33,583 bases of DNA from Minisyncoccota bacterium (GTDB lineage Bacteria > Verrucomicrobiota > Lentisphaeria > Oligosphaerales > MVZH01). The DNA lies in contig JAIPIM010000002.1 of NCBI GenBank assembly GCA_021734725.1, positions 1-33,583 on the forward strand, in the 5' to 3' direction. Below the pieces are notes generated by a model that had not been told where the DNA came from, did not search any database, and saw only the letters and a program-made list of their open reading frames with translations. How positions within the stretch are numbered: the first letter of the stretch is position 1; each line of letters begins with the position of its first letter. Both the position numbers and the translations under genes were made by a program. Positions 1 through 9,340 of the stretch are shown here, piece after piece.

Positions 1-1
1 C

Positions 2-811
2 CTACTCTGACGTTTCCTCGAAAAGTTCGCGCAGTTGCTCACGCTCCACGTGTTCCTCAACGGTCGTGGGTCCCCTTTGCATGGTGCTCTGCTCCACTTC
101 CCGACGCAATGCCGCGATGTCAGGCAAGTTCGCCGTTTCTCCAAGTGCTTCTCTGGCCTCCAGCAATCTTTGCGCGCGCCGTACCGCCGAAGACACACGA
201 TCCTGTTTCTCTCGAAAAACAGCCAAGCGCTTCTCTGCCTCACGTTCCAACTGCCTGACCTCGTAGAGTTCCTTCAGCAGCGCATAAGCGTCATCGTCCG
301 CGGCGAGTTCCTCAAAGCTTGCGTATCCTGACTCTGTCACTTGAGAACGCAAGCCCTCCCGGTCGTCATCGAGTCGTTGGATATAGGTCACGGTGTCCGC
401 TATATGCTCGTCAAGCGTGCGCTGCAGCTCGTTAAGTTGCTGTACGACACGGGTTCCTTCCGACGGTTGAAGACGGTGTAGCACCCGGGGAAGAACCGGT
501 GCGGAAAGCACCACCGCCAGCGACAGCATTACCACAGTTCCGATCACATTGCGCTTATGCGGCGATAGAAGAGCTGCCAGCGCGGGCAGTACAAACGCCA
601 GGCCGAGGCCGAGCCTTAACCCAGCCCACCAGCTGTCAAGGTAGAGTGCCAGCGCAATTCCCCAGATGCAGCCAGCCACCAACGTAAATCCACATCCAAG
701 CGATTGACTACGTGCTTCGCGCGGGTGCTTGCCGGAACGCGCCAGTAAAAGCGTCGCGTACATAACAAGAAATGCGCCTACGACCACGAACGTCAACTCG
801 AAAACACTCAT
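2..811 (-). CDS. Polytopic membrane protein with a long C-terminal coiled-coil domain; family not recognised
   Basis: 269-aa ORF with stop TAG at 2-4. The first ~110 aa contain four hydrophobic spans (FVVVGAFLVMYATLLLA, GFTLVAGCIWGIALALYL, LGLGLAFVLPALAALL, IGTVVMLSLAVVLSAPVL). The rest is E/R/L/Q-rich helical sequence. Its ATG overlaps the stop of the upstream ORF (ATGA at 808-811). Confidence 0.6.
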   Translation of the reverse strand: MSVFELTFVVVGAFLVMYATLLLARSGKHPREARSQSLGCGFTLVAGCIWGIALALYLDSWWAGLRLGLGLAFVLPALAALLSPHKRNVIGTVVMLSLAVVLSAPVLPRVLHRLQPSEGTRVVQQLNELQRTLDEHIADTVTYIQRLDDDREGLRSQVTESGYASFEELAADDDAYALLKELYEVRQLEREAEKRLAVFREKQDRVSSAVRRAQRLLEAREALGETANLPDIAALRREVEQSTMQRGPTTVEEHVEREQLRELFEETSE

Positions 812-1566
812 GATTCCTCTTCCAGAAAGGCGTTGGCATCGATCTCGGGATCGCGTTCTGGAGTCTGCGTTTGTTCGTTCTCCAGAAGCTCTTCCACGGT
901 ACGAATCGGCGATACTTTTTCATGCAGGATCTGAGCGTTCGTCATAATCAGCTCATTGACCTGCGTCATCAGTTCCTCGGTGGCGCCCGAAAGCTTGTTA
1001 AGTCGCGCAATTTCGCGTTTCGCGGGAAGCATTGCCAGTGATGCTTTTGTATCCGCGATCTGTGTCACCAGTTCCTCGCTCCGGGTTCGGGCTAATTCCG
1101 CGGCCGCCCGAAACTCCTCCAGCAACTCGCGATAATTCCTGTGTTGTCGCAAAATCAATCTCACTTGCCGCACGGCCTCTTCCTGCGTGTACGTTTTTCC
1201 CGCCACCGTAATCGGAAACTCCCCTGTTTGCTTTGCCTGCCGGTAATGCATGCGGAATGTTTCGGCAAGGTCTTCAGCGGCTCCCATCTTGCCCGTTGTC
1301 TCGTCAATTCGTTCGTCGATCACAAGCAGTGCATCGTTGATTCGACCTTGTGTTGACTGCATCTCGTTCAAGTGTTCGTTCAGCGTCTGTTCCGCGTAAT
1401 CGATAAATCCTACAGGGTCCCCTCGCCTTGCTTCTTCAGTCCAGCCGCCGTACTTCCTGTACAATTCACGGCCGCGATGCCGAAGGCCGGGGAAAAACCA
1501 GTAAACGGCGAGTGCGGCAATCAGCAGAACGGAGAGACCTATTAGCAAGCGCGTCAGACCTTTCAT
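808..1566 (-). CDS. N-terminally membrane-anchored coiled-coil protein; family not recognised (only a loose PspA/IM30-like architecture)
   Basis: 252-aa ORF. It has a single N-terminal hydrophobic helix (LLIGLSVLLIAALAVYWFF), then ~200 aa of charged helical sequence with an acidic tail. It is translationally coupled to the 2-811 ORF. Confidence 0.6.
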   Translation of the reverse strand: MKGLTRLLIGLSVLLIAALAVYWFFPGLRHRGRELYRKYGGWTEEARRGDPVGFIDYAEQTLNEHLNEMQSTQGRINDALLVIDERIDETTGKMGAAEDLAETFRMHYRQAKQTGEFPITVAGKTYTQEEAVRQVRLILRQHRNYRELLEEFRAAAELARTRSEELVTQIADTKASLAMLPAKREIARLNKLSGATEELMTQVNELIMTNAQILHEKVSPIRTVEELLENEQTQTPERDPEIDANAFLEEES

Positions 1567-1764
1567 AAGAGACCCTTTTTCCCGAATGGGTTAGATACCA
1601 TCGTCGCCTTACAGTCAACATAAATAGCACGTATCAGTTTAATTAATGTGACGCGGCTTGGGCCGTTGTCCACCGTTGGGCGCCGACATGAGACAAAATT
1701 GCGAACGCGCGCGATTGTGCGCCTTGCACTTTGCAACACTTAGGTTAAGGTTTCGCGTAAATTG

Positions 1765-1805
1765 TGTCAGGATTGTGTTCCGAAGATTCCTTCGGCATCC
1801 TGACA
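1765..1805 (+). other. Nested stem-loop in the 5' leader of the outer-membrane protein gene
   Basis: TGTCAGGAT (1765-1773) pairs perfectly with ATCCTGACA (1797-1805). The inner CCGAAG (1780-1785) pairs with CTTCGG (1790-1795) around loop ATTC. No U-tract follows. It lies about 15 nt upstream of the AGGAGG RBS (1821-1826). Confidence 0.45.
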
Positions 1806-1837
1806 GCCGCACACAAGTTCAGGAGGAAAGGAAGATC

Positions 1838-3226
1838 ATGAAGGTTGTCCACGCATTGAAACTAACAGTCGCTGTGATGATTGGAATGGTGTCTCTGAGC
1901 TATGGTGAGTACACCTGGGAGTACAGTGAACGAGTGAAGTGTCAAGTCGGCGGCGACGTTCGACTGCGGTTGACGCACTTTGACCGAAATGTTGTCTCAC
2001 CGGAGTGGGGACGACCAATCTTCGGCACGGAAGACGGACCCGCGCTCGAATACATCCGGGTACGTGAGCGTCTGTGGGGATGCGTGGATATTGACGAAAA
2101 CAAGCATCTGCGTATCCGTCTCGTCAATCGCTGGCATCACTTCAGCAGCAATATCGGGCCTGACAACAATCCGGACGACGGGTCGAGCTGGCGCTTTCCG
2201 GACGAAGTGATTATCGATCAGTTGAACCTTGGCATCGACAATATCTTCGGCTCGAACTGGTCGCTCACGATTGGCCGCCAGGATGTCATGCTCGGCAATG
2301 GCATGATTGTACTGGAAGGGACCCCTTACGACACAGGCCGGACCATCTATTTCGATGGAGTCATGGCAACGTACGCCAAAGGCAAAAACGAGGTCAAGCT
2401 GTTCGGCTTCTACAACGATTACAAAGACAAAACGGTTTTCATCAACGACCAGAACAGACGGCTGCGCCGCGGTGACACCTGGCTGGCCGGCGTCTACTGG
2501 ACTCACAAGATGAATTCATGCTTCAACAGCGATCTCTACTATATGTTTATCGATATTGACGACGATCGCCCGAACACAGCCGAGCGCAACCATCCCGCGG
2601 ATGAAAATGCCCAGCTCGATATCATTGGCGCACGGGTGTTCGGCAGCCTGAACCCTCAGGTCGACTACAGCCTGGAGGTCGCCAAACAACGTGGTGAACG
2701 CATGGAAAACGCCGATTTCACCGGGATTATGGCCGACGCACGCCTGCGCCTGAAAGCGAAGGAAGGCACGCCACTGGCCCCGTCGCTGGACTTGGAATAC
2801 ACATATTTCAGCGGTAACGACCCCGATTCAAACGATGAATTTGAGGGGTGGCACCCGGCGTTCGCCGAATACCCCATATGGCGTGACGAACTGGTCCCGA
2901 TTATGCTCAACGGAAATTGGACAAACCTGTCGCAGTACCGCGCCGGACTGAACCTGAACCTCTACGACAGCGAGAAAGTCGGCGTCCGTTTCAGCGGTGC
3001 CTGGGCAGTACTTCTTGCCGATTACGGAGATCAAGCCCTGGTCAATGCTCCCGGCGGTGGCGGTGGGGACAACATCGGGCACCTTTGCTCCGGGTTCCTG
3101 GATGTGGCACTGAAGGACTACAGCACCAACATCTCGCTGCAAGCGTCACACTTTGAGCCGGGAAATTACTGGTTGGACGGCCAGGCATCTGAATGGCTGC
3201 GATTTGAAATGGTCTACACGTTCTGA
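1838..3226 (+). CDS. Outer-membrane beta-barrel protein, alginate-export (AlgE)-like family
   Basis: I start it at ATG 1838, which has AGGAGG 12 nt upstream and a signal peptide (MKVVHALKLTVAVMIGMVSLSYG), not at the ORF-track start 1658. It has alternating beta-strand-like sequence and an LTIGRQDVMLGNGMIVLEG...IYFDG block typical of alginate-export barrels. The C-terminal ...EMVYTF aromatic end is typical of OMPs. Confidence 0.6.
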   Translation: MKVVHALKLTVAVMIGMVSLSYGEYTWEYSERVKCQVGGDVRLRLTHFDRNVVSPEWGRPIFGTEDGPALEYIRVRERLWGCVDIDENKHLRIRLVNRWHHFSSNIGPDNNPDDGSSWRFPDEVIIDQLNLGIDNIFGSNWSLTIGRQDVMLGNGMIVLEGTPYDTGRTIYFDGVMATYAKGKNEVKLFGFYNDYKDKTVFINDQNRRLRRGDTWLAGVYWTHKMNSCFNSDLYYMFIDIDDDRPNTAERNHPADENAQLDIIGARVFGSLNPQVDYSLEVAKQRGERMENADFTGIMADARLRLKAKEGTPLAPSLDLEYTYFSGNDPDSNDEFEGWHPAFAEYPIWRDELVPIMLNGNWTNLSQYRAGLNLNLYDSEKVGVRFSGAWAVLLADYGDQALVNAPGGGGGDNIGHLCSGFLDVALKDYSTNISLQASHFEPGNYWLDGQASEWLRFEMVYTF

Positions 3227-3268
3227 CCAAACTGATCCTGTCAGCTGAAACAACAACACGCCAAGACT

Positions 3269-3325
3269 GCCGGGCGCGGGCACTCTCAGGGACGATCTGG
3301 GAGTACCGTTCCCGGCGGTTTTGTT
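3269..3325 (+). terminator. Probable intrinsic terminator after the OMP gene
   Basis: Outer stem GCCGGG (3269-3274) / CCCGGC (3311-3316). An inner 8-bp stem ACTCTCAG / CTGGGAGT (one G-U pair) encloses a 7-nt loop. GGTTTTGTT follows. It sits in the convergent spacer between the OMP gene and araB. Confidence 0.5.
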
Positions 3326-3503
3326 ATCCCGATACTTGGTCATGGAACGAAACCGTGTTGAGACGCCCGTGAAGAGATTTCCTTCGTTCTCAGGGGGTCC
3401 GCCTGTCCTGACCGGTTCATGGTCGACGTGCTGAGACGCCCCCCCGCGTTTGAGGTACGTTTCGACGGAATGTTTGCGGACGTGCGCATCTATTGGGGGC
3501 GCC

Positions 3504-5192
3504 CTATTCGGACTTTGCGCATTGGCTGATTTCCAGCAGGCGTTTCATCACGTCGGCATGATCGAACTGTGTGCCTTTAATGCCGAAACTGTCGTGCAGC
3601 TGGCAGTACAGGGCGTACAGTTCATTGTACGTTGTCTGACTGTCCGGATCCGGCGTGTACACCGTATCTTTATAGGAACAGATGTTTTTCTGTGCCTCTT
3701 CCGGGGTGGCATAACCGCCTTTGTCCGGTCCGGCTGCGACGGCGCCCATAATAGCGGAACCGACAGCGCAGGTTTGCGCGGACGCCGACACTTTCATGGG
3801 GCGTCCCATGACATCGGCATAGATCTGCATGAAGAGCGGGTTTTTTTCTGCAATGCCGCCGCAGTTGATGACTTCCTTTATTTCCACGCCGTATTCACTG
3901 AGCCTGTCCAGGATACGCCGTGCACCGAACGCAGTTGCTTCAATCAAGGCCCGATAGATGTCGTGTTGTTGCGTATGCAGGGTTTGACCGATAAGTAGTC
4001 CTGTGAGGCGTGCGTCTACCAAAATAGTGCGGTTACCATTGTTCCAGTCGAGAGCGAGCAGGCCGGTTTCGCCGGGTTTCAGCGCGGCAGCTTTTCGGGT
4101 AAGGTTCGCGTGCAGATCGGCGTTGCCCTGGCAGACGTAAGTCACGAACCAGTTAAAGATGTCGCCCACTGCGCTTTGTCCGGCCTCGATGCCATAGTAG
4201 CCGGGGAGTACGGATCCGTCGACAATACCGCAGACGCCGGGTATGTCCGGCAGTTCTTGTGCATTTGGGGCGACCATGATATCGCAGGTGGAGGTGCCGA
4301 GTATTTTGACCATACGGCCTTCTGCGACGCCCGCGCCGACAGCCCCGAGGTGTGCGTCAAAAGCGCCACACGCGATAGCGATCCCTTCGGGCAGCCCCAG
4401 TGTAGCCGCGTATTCCTTGCAGAGGTATCCGGCGGATTCATTGGCGGTATGCGCTTTCTGGCAGAGGCGCGGGCGCAATTCGGCAAGAGCGGGGTTGAGC
4501 GTGGCCAGGAAGTCGTTGTCGGGCAGTCCACCCCATTCCTCACAGTACATGGCCTTATGGCCGGCGGCACACACGCCGCATTTGACGTCTTCGGGTCGCT
4601 TGATTCCGGCCAGTACGGCCGGGATGAAATCGGCGAATTCGATCCAGGAATAGGCGGCGTCGAAGACTTTGCGGTCTGTATTCAGGCAATGCAGGAGTTT
4701 TGAGAAGAACCATTCGGACGAGTATGTACCGCCGCATTTAGCGAGGTAGTGCGGTCGGTTTTGTCTGGCGAGTTCCGTGATCTGTTCGGCTTCGTGCATA
4801 CTGGAGTGGTCTTTCCACATCCAGGCCTGGGCATTGAGATTATCCTTGAATGTTTCGTGGAATGCCAGTGGTGTCATATCCGCATCCACGGGAATGGGGG
4901 TGGATCCAGTGGTGTCTACGCCGATGCCAATGATGCGATCGGTGCCGAATCCGGTTGTGGCCGCGGCCTGTTCCAGTGCCGGTTTCACTGATTTTTCGAT
5001 TCCATCGATAAAGTCCCGAGGGGACTGGCGTGCCACGTGTGGATTGGCGGTATCGGTTAGTACACCGGCGTCGCCGCTGGGATAATCGAACACGGCACTT
5101 CCGCATTCTTCACCGTTCACCACGTTTATGACGACACAACGCACCGAGTTGCTGCCGTAATCGATTCCGATCACATAACGGTTATTGTTCAC
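3504..5192 (-). CDS. araB: Ribulokinase (FGGY carbohydrate kinase family)
   Basis: 562 aa with a GTG start preceded by GGAGGA. It is collinear with E. coli AraB as I recall it: IGIDYGSNSVR, GIGVDTTGSTPIPVDAD, WKDHSS..EAEQIT, YSSEWFFSKLLH, GAFDAHLGAVGAG, KILGTSTCDIMV, GIEAGQSAVGDIFNWF, LDWNNGNRT, IEATAFGARRI. Confidence 0.88.
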   Translation of the reverse strand: MNNNRYVIGIDYGSNSVRCVVINVVNGEECGSAVFDYPSGDAGVLTDTANPHVARQSPRDFIDGIEKSVKPALEQAAATTGFGTDRIIGIGVDTTGSTPIPVDADMTPLAFHETFKDNLNAQAWMWKDHSSMHEAEQITELARQNRPHYLAKCGGTYSSEWFFSKLLHCLNTDRKVFDAAYSWIEFADFIPAVLAGIKRPEDVKCGVCAAGHKAMYCEEWGGLPDNDFLATLNPALAELRPRLCQKAHTANESAGYLCKEYAATLGLPEGIAIACGAFDAHLGAVGAGVAEGRMVKILGTSTCDIMVAPNAQELPDIPGVCGIVDGSVLPGYYGIEAGQSAVGDIFNWFVTYVCQGNADLHANLTRKAAALKPGETGLLALDWNNGNRTILVDARLTGLLIGQTLHTQQHDIYRALIEATAFGARRILDRLSEYGVEIKEVINCGGIAEKNPLFMQIYADVMGRPMKVSASAQTCAVGSAIMGAVAAGPDKGGYATPEEAQKNICSYKDTVYTPDPDSQTTYNELYALYCQLHDSFGIKGTQFDHADVMKRLLEISQCAKSE

Positions 5193-5435
5193 GGTGTGAT
5201 CCTCCGTTCTTCACGTTCGGTAATTGTGGGGTGAGACAATCCACAGCAATATGTGTGTGAAACGGAGAGATTTCAAGGGATGTTTTGTGGAGATCCCCCA
5301 AGTGGAAAGCCTTCCGTCCAGGTCCAATATCCGCTGTATGATGGTGTCGAATAGGGTTGTGAATTGGACAGTCAAATAGGCACCGTGTATAGTTTCATCA
5401 ACGAGCCAGTAACACGCTAATCATAAGGAACCAAC

Positions 5436-7148
5436 ATGTCAGACTATCGGTGGGAGATTGCCCCCAGCAACGCTGGGGAGGTCCACCGATTGCAGCAACA
5501 GGTTGCCCTCACTGATGTCGGAGCGATGATCCTGTCCAGTCGCGGGATCACGGCGGGCACGGTTGAGGATTTCTTGCAGCCTGCTTTGCGCAATCTTTCG
5601 GACCCGTATAACTTGCCAGGAACCGAACGTGCCGCGGCACGGCCGTGGGAGGCCGTACAGCGGGGTGAAACCATCCTTATCCACGGCGACTACGACACCG
5701 ACGGCATCACGTCGGCGGTCTTGGTGTCCCAAGTTCTTTCGCAGTGCGGCGGGAGAACGGAGGTGTTTTTGCCGCACCGCATCGATGATGGGTATGGCTT
5801 GACCGCGGAATCCATAGACAAGGCGTGTTGCGAGCACCATTCGCTGCTTGTAACGGTGGACTGCGGCATCAACAGCATTGAGGCGGTTGAAGCAGCAACC
5901 CGCCAGGGAATAGATGTGCTTGTAACGGACCACCATGAGCCCGGGGAGGAAAAGCCCGCTGCCGTTGCCGTCATCGATCCAAAGCTGCCGGGCGCGGATG
6001 CGCGTATTCAGGAACTCGCAGGCGTTGGCGTTGCCTTCAAGGTGTGTCATGCTTTCTTGAAATACGGACGTGAACACGATCTTGGGGGATTTGACATCCA
6101 GCTTGAGGATGTTCTCGATTTGGTGGCCTTGGGTACCGTGGCGGACATTGTCCCGTTGCTTGACGAAAACCGTACGCTTGTTCGTCATGGGCTGGAAGTG
6201 TTATCGCGTCAGCATCGTCCCGGAGTTCGGGCGTTGTGCGAGCTTGCCAAGCTCGATGACCGTGTAAAGGCGCGCGACATCGCGTATCGCCTGGCGCCCC
6301 GGTTGAATGCTTCGGGCCGTATTGGAGACGCCACCCTCAGCAAGGATCTTTTGCTGGCCGATAACATGCGCGATGCATACAGCCTGGCGGAGCGGCTTGA
6401 CGAGCAGAACCGGAACCGCCAGGGGCTGGAGGCGGATACATTCACGCAGGCCGAACAACAGATTGAAGAGATCTGCGACGTTACTTCTGACCGGACTATT
6501 GTGGTTGCGGGCGAGGACTGGCACCAGGGCGTGCTGGGGATTGTTGCCGCTCGGCTGGCGCGACGTTTTCATCGGCCGTGCATTGTACTGACACGTGACA
6601 TCAATGGATTCTATTCCGGGTCGGGCCGAAGCGTCAGCGGTGTAAATCTCGTGGGTATGCTGGAGCAGTGTCAGGCGTTGTTGACACGCTACGGTGGGCA
6701 TCCCATGGCGGCGGGGCTTTCGTTTTTGCCGGAACATCTTGCCTCTTTTCGCGAGGAATTTGAGAAAACGGTACGTGAAAATCTGACATTGGACGACATG
6801 CGACCGCGTCTGGAGGTGTGTGGTGAAGTAACTCTGGGGGACATTGACGAACTGTTCCTCAGCGAACTGGAGTTGATTGAGCCTTTCGGTCAGGGGAATC
6901 CGGAGCCTGTTCTTATGAGTCGTCGAGTCACGGCCTCCGGCATAGCGCTTGTCGGGAATGGTCACACCCGCGGCCTTCTGCACGATGACTCGGGGTCACC
7001 GCCTCTGAAGTTCATAGCGTTCGGTCGTACTCCCGACACATTTCCCGATGCGCCCTGGGACGTAGCATTTCGTCCGCAGTTGAATACGTACAATGGGTAC
7101 AGTCGACCGCAGGCTTGTATTGTGGACGTGCGTCGTACCGAGGTCTAG
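5436..7148 (+). CDS. recJ: Single-stranded-DNA-specific 5'-3' exonuclease RecJ
   Basis: 570 aa with DHH-family motifs IHGDYDTDGITS, VTVDCG and LVTDHH. The DHHA1 region has GGHPMAAG. AAGGA RBS before the ATG. Confidence 0.9.
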   Translation: MSDYRWEIAPSNAGEVHRLQQQVALTDVGAMILSSRGITAGTVEDFLQPALRNLSDPYNLPGTERAAARPWEAVQRGETILIHGDYDTDGITSAVLVSQVLSQCGGRTEVFLPHRIDDGYGLTAESIDKACCEHHSLLVTVDCGINSIEAVEAATRQGIDVLVTDHHEPGEEKPAAVAVIDPKLPGADARIQELAGVGVAFKVCHAFLKYGREHDLGGFDIQLEDVLDLVALGTVADIVPLLDENRTLVRHGLEVLSRQHRPGVRALCELAKLDDRVKARDIAYRLAPRLNASGRIGDATLSKDLLLADNMRDAYSLAERLDEQNRNRQGLEADTFTQAEQQIEEICDVTSDRTIVVAGEDWHQGVLGIVAARLARRFHRPCIVLTRDINGFYSGSGRSVSGVNLVGMLEQCQALLTRYGGHPMAAGLSFLPEHLASFREEFEKTVRENLTLDDMRPRLEVCGEVTLGDIDELFLSELELIEPFGQGNPEPVLMSRRVTASGIALVGNGHTRGLLHDDSGSPPLKFIAFGRTPDTFPDAPWDVAFRPQLNTYNGYSRPQACIVDVRRTEV

Positions 7149-7225
7149 CCTGAATAATTCTCACCCGAAGGGCGGGCCAATGTCACCGAAGCCCCCGCCC
7201 GAGACTCCGCCGGCGAACCGGCAGT

Positions 7226-7330
7226 ATATATAACTTCACCGACTCCGACAGCACCATCATGAAAGCCGGTTCGGGCGCCGGTTTCGAACAATGCTACAAT
7301 GCCCAGGCAGCCGTGGAAACCGTCGAGCCG
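7226..7330 (+). mobile_element. Relic fragment of a DDE transposase gene (IS4/IS5/IS1182-like group); non-functional
   Basis: The + frame reads NFTDSDSTIMKAGSGAGFEQCYNAQAAVE. This resembles the conserved N.TDP[DE]SR.MK......GYNAQ..V[DE] block I remember from this transposase group. No full-length ORF, no catalytic region and no terminal repeats were seen. It lies in the recJ / efflux-operon spacer. Confidence 0.4.
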
Positions 7331-7393
7331 GTCTCCTGCTTGCACATCGGACGAGGGCATTCTGGATGGGCATCGAACCCGGACAGCGTCCAG

Positions 7394-8674
7394 TTACTCG
7401 TGCCGGAGCGCATGAATCGGATCCATGGCCGCGGCCCGGACGGCGGGGTAGAAGCCGAATACAATTCCGATAACCGCGGAGATACCGAATGCCGTGATGA
7501 CGGCCCATGGGGTGACGATCGTGGTAACTTCCGTAATCGTCTGGATCAGTTTTGGCAGCGTCAGTCCAAGCGAGACCCCCAGCAGTCCTCCCAATCCACT
7601 GAGCATCACGGTTTCCGTCAGGAACTGCAGCATGATATCCTGGCGTTTGGCGCCCACGGCACGCCGAATGCCGATTTCCGGCGTTCGCTCGCTTACCGTG
7701 GCCAGCATGATATTCATGATTCCAATGCCGCCGACCAGCAGAGAGATGGCGGCCATGAGACCGAGCACGATGTTGTAGAGTCGCTTGACCCGTTCTTTTT
7801 CCGCGAGAAGCTGGAGGGGAACGATCATTTCAAAGTCCTGTTTTTCGTGAAATCGTTTGAGCAAGGATTCGATCAGTCGAGCAGTGGGCAGAACATCATC
7901 GGAGTCAGGCACCCGGATAATTGCCCCATGCAGTTCGACACGTTCGACGCTGAGCCCGCCGCTGCTGGTGTCGGAGATCAACTCGCCGAGGCGTCCACGG
8001 GCAGTGGTCAGGGGGACAAGCAGTTGTCCACGGCTTGCCTGGCCACCGGCCCGTGGTGGTGTGGCGGCCCCTGAGAAATCGCTCTGCATAATGCCGATCA
8101 CGCGGTAATAATCCGAGCCAACTCGAATGTACTTGTTCAGGGGATCCGTCATGCGTCCGAGTTGTTCGGCCAGCACGGAACTGAGGATACCTACCGTGGC
8201 GCGTTCATGAACATCGACGCTGGTCAGGAAACGGCCGCGCAGCATACGTGCGCCCGTGACTGACGGATACCAGGGGACCGTGCCCACAAGATCGGCGTCT
8301 GTCCGACGCCCCTGGAAAACGACTTCCTGCTTGACCTTTCGTTCCGGGACAATGACATCGGCTTTCGGGACGGTGGCGGCAATTCGTTCGATGTCGTCGT
8401 ACGTCAGGCCGTACTGCATGATCTGCCGTCCCTGGTCGTCATCCTGTGAGGTCTGTGGCGGCTTCACACTGCGCACGATGATGTTGTTGCTTCCCAGCCG
8501 CCTGATCTGTTCACGGGCCTCATAGCTGAGTCCTTCACCGATTGCCAGCATGCAGATAACCGAGGCCACGCCGAATACGATACCGAGGCCGGTCAGGCTT
8601 GACCGCAGGCGGTGGCTCCATATGCTGGAAAGCCCCAGCCGCAGGTGTCGAGCGATTTTAATGATAAGTGTCAC
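7394..8674 (-). CDS. ABC transporter permease, MacB/FtsX-like, with a large periplasmic domain
   Basis: 426 aa. N-terminal SHRLRSSLTGLGIVFGVASVI helix, a ~230-aa periplasmic domain, then three C-terminal TM helices with ERTPEIGIRRAVGAKRQDI and a ...PAVRAAAMDPIHALRHE end. It overlaps the upstream ATPase gene by 17 nt. Confidence 0.85.
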   Translation of the reverse strand: MTLIIKIARHLRLGLSSIWSHRLRSSLTGLGIVFGVASVICMLAIGEGLSYEAREQIRRLGSNNIIVRSVKPPQTSQDDDQGRQIMQYGLTYDDIERIAATVPKADVIVPERKVKQEVVFQGRRTDADLVGTVPWYPSVTGARMLRGRFLTSVDVHERATVGILSSVLAEQLGRMTDPLNKYIRVGSDYYRVIGIMQSDFSGAATPPRAGGQASRGQLLVPLTTARGRLGELISDTSSGGLSVERVELHGAIIRVPDSDDVLPTARLIESLLKRFHEKQDFEMIVPLQLLAEKERVKRLYNIVLGLMAAISLLVGGIGIMNIMLATVSERTPEIGIRRAVGAKRQDIMLQFLTETVMLSGLGGLLGVSLGLTLPKLIQTITEVTTIVTPWAVITAFGISAVIGIVFGFYPAVRAAAMDPIHALRHE

Positions 8675-9338
8675 TGTCGATACTGCCGTCTTTCAGATGA
8701 ATTTCTCGTTGCGTGGCCTTGGCCACGGAATCCTCGTGGGTTACCATGACGATGGTGGCGCCCGTGTGCCAGAGCTCGAGCAACAGTTTAAGGATGGCGC
8801 CTCCCGTTTTGGAATCCAGGTTGCCGGTGGGTTCATCGGCGAGGATCAGGACTGGTGCATTGGCGAGGGAGCGCGCAATGGCCACGCGCTGACGCTCGCC
8901 GCCGGAAAGTTCGGTTGGTTTGTGTCCAAGCCTGTGCCCCAGGCCCACGCGCTCGGCCAGTTCCCGCGCCTTTTCACGCCGCTGTGCCGCCGGAAGACCG
9001 ACATAGAAAAGGGGCATTTCAATATTTCCGAGGACCGTCAGGCGGGGAACGAGATGAAACGATTGAAAGATGAACCCGATTTTATCGCGGCGTACGTCGG
9101 ACAGCGCGTCATCGTGCAGCGTGGACACATCCTGTCCCGCCAGGACATACCGGCCCGAAGATGGCGTGTCCAGACAGCCCAGTAGATTCAGCAGAGTAGA
9201 CTTTCCTGAGCCGGAGGGGCCCGTGATGGCGACGTATTCACCCTGGGCCACCGAGAAGGACACCCCGCGGAGTGCCGGGACCGGAACTTCGCCCAAGTCA
9301 TACGTCTTGATCAGATCGTGGACATCAATGATGTTCAT
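8658..9338 (-). CDS. ABC transporter ATP-binding protein (MacB/LolD type)
   Basis: 226 aa. Walker A GPSGSGKST, Q-loop, signature LSGGERQRVAIAR, Walker B ILADEPTGNLD, H-loop VTHE. Confidence 0.9.
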   Translation of the reverse strand: MNIIDVHDLIKTYDLGEVPVPALRGVSFSVAQGEYVAITGPSGSGKSTLLNLLGCLDTPSSGRYVLAGQDVSTLHDDALSDVRRDKIGFIFQSFHLVPRLTVLGNIEMPLFYVGLPAAQRREKARELAERVGLGHRLGHKPTELSGGERQRVAIARSLANAPVLILADEPTGNLDSKTGGAILKLLLELWHTGATIVMVTHEDSVAKATQREIHLKDGSIDSDTYH

Positions 9339-9340
9339 GG

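Noticed and set aside
808-1566. Assignment of the 252-aa coiled-coil protein to PspA/IM30
   Set aside because: Only the general helical, charged architecture is similar. I could not align the conserved PspA N-terminal amphipathic helix or core motifs, and PspA lacks a TM anchor. It is left as an unrecognised family.
1658-1837. N-terminal extensions offered by the ORF track (1658, 13401, 15372, 18610, 22914, 27291, 29475, 31016)
   Set aside because: In each case an internal ATG has a better Shine-Dalgarno match and/or gives a canonical N-terminus (signal peptide, pseudopilin leader). The extensions are R/C/P-rich or overlap the preceding gene.
5439-6983. Minus-strand ORFs of 249 and 260 aa inside recJ
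   Set aside because: They are antisense to a gene with clear DHH/DHHA1 motifs. They are shadow ORFs.
7331-8074. Remainder of the 271-aa + strand ORF (7259-8074) beyond the transposase-like block
   Set aside because: Past about 7330 the frame loses any transposase resemblance. From 7394 it is antisense to the well-supported FtsX-type permease. Only the short relic is reported.
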